From NCBI GenBank assembly GCA_963666055.2, contig CAXWPH010000006.1, forward strand, positions 192,001-256,000: a DNA stretch of 64,000 nucleotides. The letters are read 5' to 3'. Numbering within the stretch: position 1 is the first letter of the stretch; the number at the start of each line of letters is the position of its first letter. Under the pieces are notes generated by a model. It worked only from the letters and a program-made list of their open reading frames with translations, was not told where the DNA came from and ran no database searches. The stretch comes from Acidobacteriota bacterium (GTDB lineage Bacteria > Acidobacteriota > UBA890 > WLXD01). Shown here in pieces: positions 51,236 to 60,709 of this stretch. The position numbers were made by a program, and so were the translations under genes.

Positions 51236-51424
51236 TACTTCCTCCGGGCCGTTAGCTCAGTTGGCAGAGCACCGGCCTTTTTAAACCTGCCCCGCCCGAT
51301 TCCGGGAACCCTGCAGCCATCGGCGTTTACGTGTTTTCCCTAGCTGACATGGCCACTTACGAGTTTACGTAGGTTTGCGCAGTTTACGCAGCTTTAGCTC
51401 CGCGTAAGGGCAGAACAATGGGCG
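51236..51424 (+). repeat. ~190-bp repeat copy 2: 5' half of tRNA-Lys (51246-51284) + att arm
   Basis: Same tRNA half with one extra T, preceded by TATACT; arm similar to copy 1 and near-identical in its distal half. Confidence 0.88.
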
Positions 51425-51714
51425 TTTCGCGAAAGAGGCAGGGCTCGGTCGTAGGTCCCGGACCGTCCGTTGCGGTCGTACCGCCGCAACTCGCCGTCGT
51501 CACGACCGCCCGGCAATCGAATACCGCTCTGGCCGGGCGGTCAGTGGTGCCAGCCGTTACTTCGGAACCCCGAGGCGCCGTCTGAGCTACGGCCTCAACC
51601 GGGTCATTCCCCCGAGAACGTGGTCCATCAAAACGACGGATCAGTTGCGGTCGCCTCGGGGGTCGCCGATCCCGCCAGTCCGCCGTTCGAGCCCCTCGCG
51701 TTACCGTGCAGGGC

Positions 51715-52918
51715 TCACCAGATTTCAGCCTCTACGAGGATCCTGGGAGGGTCATAGTCATCCGCTCCCGGGTGAGTCTGGAGGATCTCGCGCAGGCGAC
51801 GGACCGCCAACAAGGCTGCGTGAACCAGATGGTACTCGTTGTCCATGAGGGTAGGGTCATACTCATTCTCATCGAGAGCATGCGCTGGTCTGTTTCGCTC
51901 ATTCCTGACGTCCTTTAGCGCGCTGATGACGACGCACCGCTCTTCAGTCGCGTGTTCAAAAGCGACCTCCAGAAACTCCCCCAGCAGCCGGATCGTTCCT
52001 TTCTCCTTAATGATGACCCCGTCGTCAGTCTCGGTTCTTGTCTGCAGATCCACCTTGCCCCTGAAGAACCTCTTGTTCAGGTTGTCGGACAGCATCTTGT
52101 CGGCCGTGAGCGCGAGGTCCTGGTAACTTCGGAGGGTGGGCTTGGTTATCCAGGCGAACTGCGCCGGCGCCCCGCTGGCGAAGTTCTCGCGGAACAGAGG
52201 AGGCTCTCTGATCAGTTCACAGATGACATTGATCTGTTGAATCTCCTGGACGACGGCCTCGAAGGGAGATAGGCGGTTCGCAAACTCCCCTTCAACGCTC
52301 GTCTTGAAGTAATCCGAGTCCAGGAGCAGCCCCTCCCGGTCGACCTCGTATGATTTCCAGTGCAGCTGATGCTCAACGTTCGCCTCTGCGAGATCTGCGA
52401 GAATCGCCGTTACAAACCGCGCGCTCCCCCCCGTCGCTGTACGCTGCCCCCCACCGAACGTAGATCTTCCCCGGGTCTGCTAGGCCGCGCTCACGATTAT
52501 AGTCGCTCCGCCGGACAACGAAGCCGGAAACCCCGGACTCGTCGAACCGATATCGCGGATCATCGCGGTACCGTTCGAGCGCTTGGCGATCGAAGAAGAA
52601 ATCCTCAACTTGTGACCCACCGTGCCGCAGCGCCTTTGTGTAGGGGCCCAGCTCGTCACCTGCCATGGGATCTCTAGGCTCAAGAAGCAATGCGGTCGGG
52701 AACACCCATAGCTCGTCTCGCCCTTCGGGGATGCGAACGAGACCTTCTTCCGCGAGAGCTCTGACTGCGTCAGAAACAGCTTCTGAGGCTCTCGACGAGT
52801 GTGAGCGCTCGTCGACCAGTGTTACGAGCTTCCAGAGTGGGATGCCACAATGAGGGTGGCCCTCGAGCCACGAGTAGGCGATCGCATCGGCTACCACTTC
52901 CTTGAGGTGGCGGGTCAC
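51715..52918 (-). pseudogene. Hypothetical protein with a C-terminal HEPN-like RxxxxH motif; frameshift at ~52415
   Basis: ...YRDDPRY...ERAV/VTAILADLAEANVEHQLHW...DKMLSDNLN...VRNERNRPAH; removing one T in GTTTGTA joins the two ORFs. Confidence 0.6.
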
Positions 52919-53258
52919 CTCTCTTCCTCCTTTAGATCAATGGGGATGGCGAGCGCTCGCGCTTGACTCGCCGTGTCTGAGATCCGCATTGGCGAACCCC
53001 CTTGGTTGACGGTGGCGCGCCGCGGATCGGCTAAACGCTTCCACGTGCATGGCTGCTACTCTGCCGGGAAGCTCGGGAAGCTCGGGAAGCGACAACCCTA
53101 CTCTTGGAGCCGGCTAGACAACACCCTTGTTCCCTCTCGCTTACGTGATCTCTGCCCTCGTGCTGCCCTCACGTTGGATCGCTGCGCTGGCCTGGATGTG
53201 AGTACCCGAGGCTTCGCAAGGCTCGCAGTCGATCCGCTCACCGCGCTACGGTTGCGCA

Positions 53259-54941
53259 ATGAGCAAGCGTCTTGAAGGTAGTGAACCCCTTCACAGATCT
53301 GGTGTACCGGTTGGTGCTACGGCCAACGATTTCTGGCAGTGGTCGGCCTCAGACCTGCTGAGCAATACGCTTCGGGGAACGCTCGCAGAGTACATCGTGG
53401 CCCGTGACCTAGGTGTGGCGTCGGGCGTTCGGGAGGAATGGCGTGCCTACGATCTCCAGACGCCTGAGGGGATCAAGGTCGAGGTTAAGGCATCGAGCTA
53501 TTGGCAGAGCTGGGGTCAGACTCGACCCTCCGTGATCGAGTTCGACATCGCTCGAAAGCTCCCCTGGGACCCGGTCACGGGCGAGTATGGCCCCGAGAAA
53601 GTCCGGTCAGCGGATGTCTACGTTTTCTGTGTACTGGGGGAGCCCAGCAACGAGCAGCCGGACCCGCTGGATCTAGATCAGTGGGCGTTCTTGGCGCTGG
53701 CGACCGAGGTATTTGACCGCAGGGTCGATAACCAGAAGACAATCCGACTCAATCCACTTCGCGCTTTGAGTCCCACGGAGGTGGACACTCGTGGTATCCG
53801 CCGAGCGATCGAGCAGGTGCTCGAAGAAGTCGGGGCCGGGCCGCGAGAGCCCGCGCAAGCACAACGTAGGAGGCGGCCTGCGAGTCCGACCGAGTCATCC
53901 CGTGCGTTTGTTGTGGCGTCGCGCAGAAGAGGCATAGCCACCCATGGCATCGTCCCCTGTCACCAAGGCGCAGGCATACGGAGTGGAGGCTCCGTCGCCT
54001 CACTGCCCGGATTGGTGGTGCACGCAGACTGGGGCTCGGCGCCGAAGAAACGTTGGATGTCCGTCGCCGTTAAGTCTGGGTCGACGTTCCGTGTGGAAGC
54101 TCCAGAGCTGGTCGGTGAACTCGGCAGTTTCTGGCGGCGGCTTCTGCAGCGTGGGGGCGGATCGGGCGCACTTGTAGGCTTCGACTTCCCGATTGGACTG
54201 CCATCCGCCTTCGCTGAACTTGCCGGGATCGAGCGATTCAAGCTGGCACTCGGCGAGTTTGGCAAGGACCCCTGGGCCCACTTCTACACGCTCGCGGAGC
54301 TACCCTCTGACATCTCCATCCACCGGCCCTTCTATCCGTACCGAGCCGGCGCAACGAAGCAGCATCACTTGCTGGATGCTCTCGGCCTCTCGGACATGAA
54401 CACGCTGCGACGCCGGTGCGACCTCCCGACTTCAACCCGGGGCGCCGCTTCACCGATTTTCTGGACGCTCGGGGCCAAGCAGGTCGGGCGAGCGGCCATC
54501 ATCGGCTGGCGGGACTTGTTGGCACCGGCCCTCATCGACCCTTCGATTGACCTTAGGATCTGGCCGTTCGATGGCGACCTCACCGACCTCGTTCATCCTG
54601 GCGCGGTCGTGGTCGTAGAAACCTACCCCGCCGAGGCCTGCGTTCAGCTGGGGATGACGCCCCCCGGGCGCGGATGGAGTAAGACGTCGCAGGCTGGTCG
54701 CGCAAGCCAGGCTGGTCTCATCAAAGCCTGGGCCGGCGCACGCGGCGTGCGTCTGACCGAGCAGCTTGTCGACTCGCTCGAGACCGGCTTCGGCCCAGAC
54801 CCAAGCGGCGATGACCCGTTCGATGCGATGATCGGCCTGCTCTCCATGCTTGAGGTCGTATTGGGCTTTCGCAAGGAGGGTGCTCCCCACGAGCCAGCTG
54901 TTCGGAACGTCGAGGGCTGGATCCTGGGACAGAACTCATAA
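53259..54941 (+). CDS. PD-(D/E)xK-like nuclease domain fused to a DUF429 (RNase H-fold) domain
   Basis: RGTLAEYIV...YDL...VEVKASSY; then VHADWG, VGFDFPIGLP, VVETYPAE, DDPFDAM, VEGWILG. Confidence 0.7.
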   Translation: MSKRLEGSEPLHRSGVPVGATANDFWQWSASDLLSNTLRGTLAEYIVARDLGVASGVREEWRAYDLQTPEGIKVEVKASSYWQSWGQTRPSVIEFDIARKLPWDPVTGEYGPEKVRSADVYVFCVLGEPSNEQPDPLDLDQWAFLALATEVFDRRVDNQKTIRLNPLRALSPTEVDTRGIRRAIEQVLEEVGAGPREPAQAQRRRRPASPTESSRAFVVASRRRGIATHGIVPCHQGAGIRSGGSVASLPGLVVHADWGSAPKKRWMSVAVKSGSTFRVEAPELVGELGSFWRRLLQRGGGSGALVGFDFPIGLPSAFAELAGIERFKLALGEFGKDPWAHFYTLAELPSDISIHRPFYPYRAGATKQHHLLDALGLSDMNTLRRRCDLPTSTRGAASPIFWTLGAKQVGRAAIIGWRDLLAPALIDPSIDLRIWPFDGDLTDLVHPGAVVVVETYPAEACVQLGMTPPGRGWSKTSQAGRASQAGLIKAWAGARGVRLTEQLVDSLETGFGPDPSGDDPFDAMIGLLSMLEVVLGFRKEGAPHEPAVRNVEGWILGQNS

Positions 54942-55255
54942 GTCATGCTACGTCTTCCGTGCAGTGCTCACGCAACCGAACGGGTGGAAACTAAATAGAG
55001 AGCTAACGGACCATCATCTCATCGTCGGCGCCCAAGCGGAGCCGACAGCGGCGGGTGTTAGCGCGCGGAAGAGTCTACGAAGGCCGCACCGCCAGCGTTC
55101 GAAGAGCACTCAAGGGCCGGGCAAGGGCTCTGTAAAGAATTGACATTCTCCTGGAGTCCGTGCTAGGAGCCTTCTATATTGCGGCGCCTGGGTCGGAAAA
55201 CCGTAACCGGGTTGGTTTTTTTTGAGAGAGCTTGCCCACGGCATCCGAAGACCAC

Positions 55256-58200
55256 ATGCATGAGGACTCACGGGGAAGAGAGCAGGACGATGCCGTACGA
55301 AAGGACGCCATCGCCCTCTTCAAGTTTCTGCGTGAGTTCACCGCCCTGCGCTCCAAGACGATCAGGAGCATCGATCAGTACGACACGGTGCTCTGGCTCT
55401 CGGATGTGCCGCGCGAAGCCGGCGTAGCCTGCGCGGCCTGGGAACAGAGTCGCGAGACCGATCTCGGCGACACGTGGCTTGAGATCATGAAACCCAAGCT
55501 GCCGAAGGTCCCGGCTCCGCCGGGGGCCACCGAGCCGTGGCTCGATAGGGAGCAGCTCAGGGATTCCTCGCTCGACTTACCAGAGCTGCGATCGCAGATC
55601 AGCCGCCGGATCGAGGACGGCGACGGCGAGCCCCAATACGAAACGCTCGAACTTGAGGACCATCCTGAGATTTCGGCCGCCTGGGATCGATATATCGAAG
55701 AAGAATGGTGGCCGTGGCGCGAAGTTGACCGCCAGCTGCGACCCGTCCACGAGTGCTATTCGAAACTCTACGCGATTCATCAGAGGCAGCAGAGGTTGGG
55801 TGAGCAGTACGAAGCCGTCCTTGGCCTGGGTCTCTTGCGCTGGCGAACCCCAGATTCTCAAGAGATTCGGAGGCATCTGATCGTTGCCCAGACGTCTGTT
55901 CACTTCGATCCCGTCAGCGGAACGATTACCGTCGGTCCGGCGGGAGAAGGTGCGAACCTCCGGCTAGAGCAAGACATGCTCGAGCCGAGCTGGCGACCAG
56001 ACCCCGACGAGAGCCGTGCGATCGAGACTCAGATCATGTCGATCGGCGATGACGGAATATGGGATGGCGTCGGAGTCCGCGACGCGTTGCAGGCCTGGGT
56101 GAACGCGACGGCGGCGGCGGGCACATATTCCAGTGCTCTCAATGAGCCGGCTGGTTTCAGCCCCGACCCTGTCGTCCACTTATCGCCAGCTCTCGTGCTG
56201 CGAAAGCGCACGGCGCGCTCCTTTCTCAAGGCCTTCGATGACGTCTTGACCGATCTTGAAGAGGGCGCAGCGGTGCCGTTCGGCGTTGAACGCTACGTGA
56301 CCGTCGCTGAGGAGGCAGAGGGAGATCATCAAGAGGACCCCTCGGACGCCGGACGGCCCGCTGAGATCCCCCCCCAGTTGTACTTCCCGCTGGAAACGAA
56401 CGCTCAGCAGAGCGAGATCGTGGAAAGGCTGCGATCCAACCAGGGCGTGTTGGTTCAGGGACCGCCTGGCACTGGTAAGTCACACACGATCGTCAACCTG
56501 GTCTGCCATCTCATGGCGGAGGGGAAACGAGTCCTTGTGACGAGCCATGCGCCACGCGCTCTCACTGTCCTCCGCCGCTATATCGCGGAGAAAGCTCCCG
56601 AAATCGCGCCTCTGGCCGTCGTGCTCCTTGGGAATGATCGCGAGAGCTTGAATGCAATGGAGCGGTCCGTCGAGGGAATCACGCAGCGGCACTCGAGCTG
56701 GGACGCCGCAGCGACGGAACGCGACATCGACCGCCTCGAACAACAGTTGAGCGACACCCTGGGAGAAGCCGCCGAGTGTCGAGAACGGCTCCGCTCGATC
56801 CGTGAGGCGGAGATCTATCAGCATCAGCCCATGCCTGGTGCCTACGCGGGAACTCTGCAGAGGATCGCGCGCAGACTTCGGCAGGAAGAAGAGAGTTTCG
56901 AGTGGTTCGAAGACCGGCCCCCGTCTTCCGAGCAGCAGCCGCCGCTCACGTCGACGGAGATGGAGCGACTCTTGGCCCTTGCGAGAGATCCTGTCGTCGG
57001 CCAGGTCCGCGACCGAACCTGGAAAGCGGTCGACGCATCTAGGTTGCGGTCGGCTGCGGACTTCTCAGGCATGGTCGCTCGGGCGCGTGCGGCCGAGAAA
57101 GCGGTCGAGGAAACAAAGGACTCGAGGGCGCATGAGGGGTTTGCTGCACTTCGGAGCACGACGACAGAACTGAGGCAGGATCTGTCCTCGGAACTGGGCG
57201 ATTTGGTGAGGCGCGCGCGCGGCATCGAAAGGCATATCCACGGATGGGCCGGTGTCGCAGTGCGGGACGTTCTCGGCGACCGTGATCGTGCGTGGCAGGA
57301 ATTGCTGGACGTTACTAAGGCCCGAATAGAAGCGCTGCAGGGAGCCGCTCGATGGGCCGATGAGAACCCCGTGTCAGGCCTGGATGAAACAGACCTCGCT
57401 GCGACCAAGGCTGATGCAGCCAAGCTGCTAGGCCATCTTGAGGGCGGTGGGAGGTGGGGCTTCGGACCATTTCGTGCTGGCGCGGTCAAGGATGGGATGT
57501 ACCTCCAGAAAGTACGAGTCGCGGGGAAACCCTGCGTCGACGCCGACACGCTGCGTGACCTGATCAAGCGGATGGACTTCCAGGATGAGCTGGATCGAGC
57601 ACGGTCGATGTGGCTGAGGTATGTCGCAATCGATTCGGCTCTGAGCGGCCCTTCCCAAATTGCCGAACTTGAAGATCTTTGCGAGCCGCTAGAGGCTGCC
57701 CTGGAGCTCCTACCGGCGAAACGGAGCGCACAAACGCAAGTCGAGGCGATACGCGGTCTCGCCCAGCCCGTCTGGCACGATATCGATGCGCTCGAGGGCC
57801 TCAGGCTAGCGGCGGGCGCGGTAGACGCAGCGAGCGGAGCCCGGATAGCCACCGAACAGATCGAGACGTATGGGGCCGAAGTAGCGAGTCTTCTTCCGCC
57901 GGCAGGCGAATGGGACCCAGAGAGCCGACGGCTTCTCGCCGCGATCGACGCGCAAGACGCCGACGGCTATTCCGAGGCGCTGGCGACCTTGGGCGAACAC
58001 TACGACGAGTTATCGGTGCTTGCCGAAGGAGACTCCCTAGCCACGAGACTGGCCGAAGGAGCTCCGAAGCTCGCGGCTTCGATCAAAGCAAATCCGACGA
58101 GTCAAGAATGGAGCGGAGCCGTAGGAGGGCTTGAAGCGGCTTGGAATTGGGCGCGAACTCGGCGATGGCTAGCGGAAAGGACAGACCCTTCCGCGGAAAT

Positions 58201-60475
58201 CGAGACTAAGCTGCGTCTTGACGGAATTCGCCAGCGCGAACGCAGACTGTTGGGGGAGCTGGCGAGTCTGAAGGCATGGTCGCATTGCTTCGATCGAATG
58301 ACCGAACACGAGAGGCAGCATCTCGTCGCCTGGGCGCTCGCCACCAAGAATGTCGGCAAGGGAACGGGAAAGTACGCGCCGAAGCATCGGCGCGCGGCGC
58401 GCGCGAACATGAACGAATGCCGGGGTGCGATCCCAGCTTGGATCATGCCGCTCTATCGAGTCGCGGAGTCGATCACCCCGGGACGCGACAAGTTCGACGT
58501 GGCCATTATCGACGAGGCGAGCCAATCGGGTCCCGAGGCGCTCCTACTGACCTACCTGGCGGACAAACTGGTCGTAGTTGGCGACGACCGGCAGATTGCG
58601 CCGAACTTCATCGGTGTGAACAGGGCGGATGTCGATGATCTACGGGAGCGGTACATTCGCAAACTTCCGATGGCCAATCAGTACGGAGCTGAGAACAGTT
58701 TCTTCGAACTCGCCGACATCAGATATCCGGGCCGAATTCGACTTCGAGAGCACTACCGATGTATGCCGGAGATCATCCAGTTCTCCAACAACCTTTCATA
58801 CTCCAATCAACCGCTTGAGCCGCTTAGGCAATACGGCGCTGGCCGCCTTGAGCCCGTCGTCGCGAACGTCCACGTGGCCGATGGTTTTGCTCGAGGGCGG
58901 GGCTCATCCACAGTCAACCCGCGGGAAGCTGAGGCGCTGGTTCAGCGCATCGTCGAGTATTCCGCGTACCCCGATTACGACAACAAGACTTTCGGCGTAA
59001 TCAGTCTTCTGGGTTCTTCCCAAGCCAGATTGATCGAAGGGATCTTGTTCGACGAGCTCGGACCGGAGGAGATGACTCGCCGACAGATTGTCTGCGGTGA
59101 CGCCTACGCGTTCCAGGGCGACGAGCGCGACGTCATGTTCTTGAGCCTAGTGGCAGCGCCTGGCGAAGGGCGCAGAATTCACGCGCTCACGTCACGGATG
59201 TATGAACGTATATTCAACGTTGCCGCGAGTCGGGCTAGGGATCAGATGCTCCTCTTCCACACAGCCACTTTGAACGATTTGAACCCTAACTGCATGCGTC
59301 ACCGATTGCTCTCGTACTGTAGTCATCCCGGCCTGGAGCAACCAACCGTCGGCGGCCATGACGTTGAGGACCTGCATCGTCTTGCTTCTGCCGACGGCCG
59401 TGGTCAGCGGACACCGCCCGAGCCCTTCGACAGTTGGTTCGAGGTCGACGTTTTTCTTCGAATTGCGGACGCGGGCTTCCGTGTGTTGCCTCAGTACGCG
59501 GTGTCTGGCTATCGGATCGACATGGTCGTTGAGGGCATGGAACGCCGGCTGGCGGTGGAGTGCGACGGGGATGAGTGGCACGGCGCGGAGCGATACTTGG
59601 AAGACATGCAACGTCAGAGGCAACTTGAACGCTGCGGGTTCCCGTTTTGGAGGCTGCGCGGCAGCGCGTTCGAGTTGGACCCGGACAAGGCGATGAAGTC
59701 CCTATGGGAGGCGCTTGATCACCATGGGATCTCGCCGGGTCACGTTTCGGCAGAGGACGGAGATGAGGAAGCGGCGGCAGCAGTGCCAGAGATTCCAGAT
59801 TCGCCCCCTGACTTCGTGTTGAGGCCACCTTCTATAGCGGCAGACCTCGCTGAGCCAAAGCAGGCCCAACTGGTTTCACCGATTCCGATCAAGTCTCAGG
59901 CTCAAGCGGCAGCGCATCCGGCCGACGAAGAGCCGGCGGGACACCCCTTGCCGGTCGCGTCACGACAGGCGCAGTACGTACTCTGGGTAGAGTGGACCAT
60001 GCCGGATCCCCGTGTCGCTTCAGCCGCCGAACTGGCTGAAGGCATCGTCTCCGTTGTTGAAGCGGAAGGGCCGGTTCGCATACGCCGAGTCTTTCAACTG
60101 CTAACGAAGGCAGCAGGCTTGAGGCGTGTCAGGCGGCTTGTACGTGAGGGACTCGAACGCGGCCTGAACGAGGCGCTGCGAGAAGGCCTGGTCGAAGAAC
60201 ATCCGGATCCGCTCAGTTCCGGGCGGTTAGATGCGGTGTTGATACGCGAAGGCCGGCCAACGGTCATCGTGCGTCCAGCAGCCGGGCGCTCGTTTGCCGA
60301 GATCCCATCGACCGAACTGAAGACTGTAGTCCGGGAGATTCTTGCAGAGAATCCGGCGTTCGGAGATGAAGCGATCATGCGGGCCGCCATGGCCCACTAC
60401 GAGTTCAGACGGCTCACGGCCAACATGAAATCGAGGATGCTTGTTCTCCTCGACGGGCGCTGTTCAACTTCATGA
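55256..60475 (+). CDS. SF1 (DNA2/UPF1-like) helicase with Vsr-like nuclease and DUF3320-like C-terminus
   Basis: QGPPGTGKS, DEASQ, GDDRQ, EHYRC, FQGDERD, NVAASRAR; FDSWFE...YRIDMVV...AVECDG..WH. Confidence 0.88.
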   Translation: MHEDSRGREQDDAVRKDAIALFKFLREFTALRSKTIRSIDQYDTVLWLSDVPREAGVACAAWEQSRETDLGDTWLEIMKPKLPKVPAPPGATEPWLDREQLRDSSLDLPELRSQISRRIEDGDGEPQYETLELEDHPEISAAWDRYIEEEWWPWREVDRQLRPVHECYSKLYAIHQRQQRLGEQYEAVLGLGLLRWRTPDSQEIRRHLIVAQTSVHFDPVSGTITVGPAGEGANLRLEQDMLEPSWRPDPDESRAIETQIMSIGDDGIWDGVGVRDALQAWVNATAAAGTYSSALNEPAGFSPDPVVHLSPALVLRKRTARSFLKAFDDVLTDLEEGAAVPFGVERYVTVAEEAEGDHQEDPSDAGRPAEIPPQLYFPLETNAQQSEIVERLRSNQGVLVQGPPGTGKSHTIVNLVCHLMAEGKRVLVTSHAPRALTVLRRYIAEKAPEIAPLAVVLLGNDRESLNAMERSVEGITQRHSSWDAAATERDIDRLEQQLSDTLGEAAECRERLRSIREAEIYQHQPMPGAYAGTLQRIARRLRQEEESFEWFEDRPPSSEQQPPLTSTEMERLLALARDPVVGQVRDRTWKAVDASRLRSAADFSGMVARARAAEKAVEETKDSRAHEGFAALRSTTTELRQDLSSELGDLVRRARGIERHIHGWAGVAVRDVLGDRDRAWQELLDVTKARIEALQGAARWADENPVSGLDETDLAATKADAAKLLGHLEGGGRWGFGPFRAGAVKDGMYLQKVRVAGKPCVDADTLRDLIKRMDFQDELDRARSMWLRYVAIDSALSGPSQIAELEDLCEPLEAALELLPAKRSAQTQVEAIRGLAQPVWHDIDALEGLRLAAGAVDAASGARIATEQIETYGAEVASLLPPAGEWDPESRRLLAAIDAQDADGYSEALATLGEHYDELSVLAEGDSLATRLAEGAPKLAASIKANPTSQEWSGAVGGLEAAWNWARTRRWLAERTDPSAEIETKLRLDGIRQRERRLLGELASLKAWSHCFDRMTEHERQHLVAWALATKNVGKGTGKYAPKHRRAARANMNECRGAIPAWIMPLYRVAESITPGRDKFDVAIIDEASQSGPEALLLTYLADKLVVVGDDRQIAPNFIGVNRADVDDLRERYIRKLPMANQYGAENSFFELADIRYPGRIRLREHYRCMPEIIQFSNNLSYSNQPLEPLRQYGAGRLEPVVANVHVADGFARGRGSSTVNPREAEALVQRIVEYSAYPDYDNKTFGVISLLGSSQARLIEGILFDELGPEEMTRRQIVCGDAYAFQGDERDVMFLSLVAAPGEGRRIHALTSRMYERIFNVAASRARDQMLLFHTATLNDLNPNCMRHRLLSYCSHPGLEQPTVGGHDVEDLHRLASADGRGQRTPPEPFDSWFEVDVFLRIADAGFRVLPQYAVSGYRIDMVVEGMERRLAVECDGDEWHGAERYLEDMQRQRQLERCGFPFWRLRGSAFELDPDKAMKSLWEALDHHGISPGHVSAEDGDEEAAAAVPEIPDSPPDFVLRPPSIAADLAEPKQAQLVSPIPIKSQAQAAAHPADEEPAGHPLPVASRQAQYVLWVEWTMPDPRVASAAELAEGIVSVVEAEGPVRIRRVFQLLTKAAGLRRVRRLVREGLERGLNEALREGLVEEHPDPLSSGRLDAVLIREGRPTVIVRPAAGRSFAEIPSTELKTVVREILAENPAFGDEAIMRAAMAHYEFRRLTANMKSRMLVLLDGRCSTS

Positions 60476-60709
60476 TCGATAGCGGTTCGGCGAACGGTCG
60501 TGAGCTCCCTGGGAATCCTCGGTACGTTCGTTGGTGTCGCGGTCGCGCTCCTGCGTTTCGATTCCACCGATATCCAAGGCAGCGTTCCGTTCCTATGAGC
60601 ACAGACAGCTCCGTTTCCACCCCGAGCTACTTCGCGTACAAGCGCCTGTGCGAAGCAGGAGATATCAAGTAGGGCGTGGGCCTGACTGAGCGCAAGAGGG
60701 ACGAACCTG

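Noticed and set aside
53066-53090. GGGAAGCTC tandem repeat, about 3 copies
   Set aside because: Short intergenic microsatellite with no evidence of function.
55002-55063. attC-like GCTAAC...GTTAGC pair (also lone GCCTAAC at ~7621 and ~35046)
   Set aside because: No complementary L boxes and no integron integrase.
55140-55170. sigma-70 promoter at TTGACA
   Set aside because: Perfect -35 box but only a weak -10 at 17-18 bp spacing.
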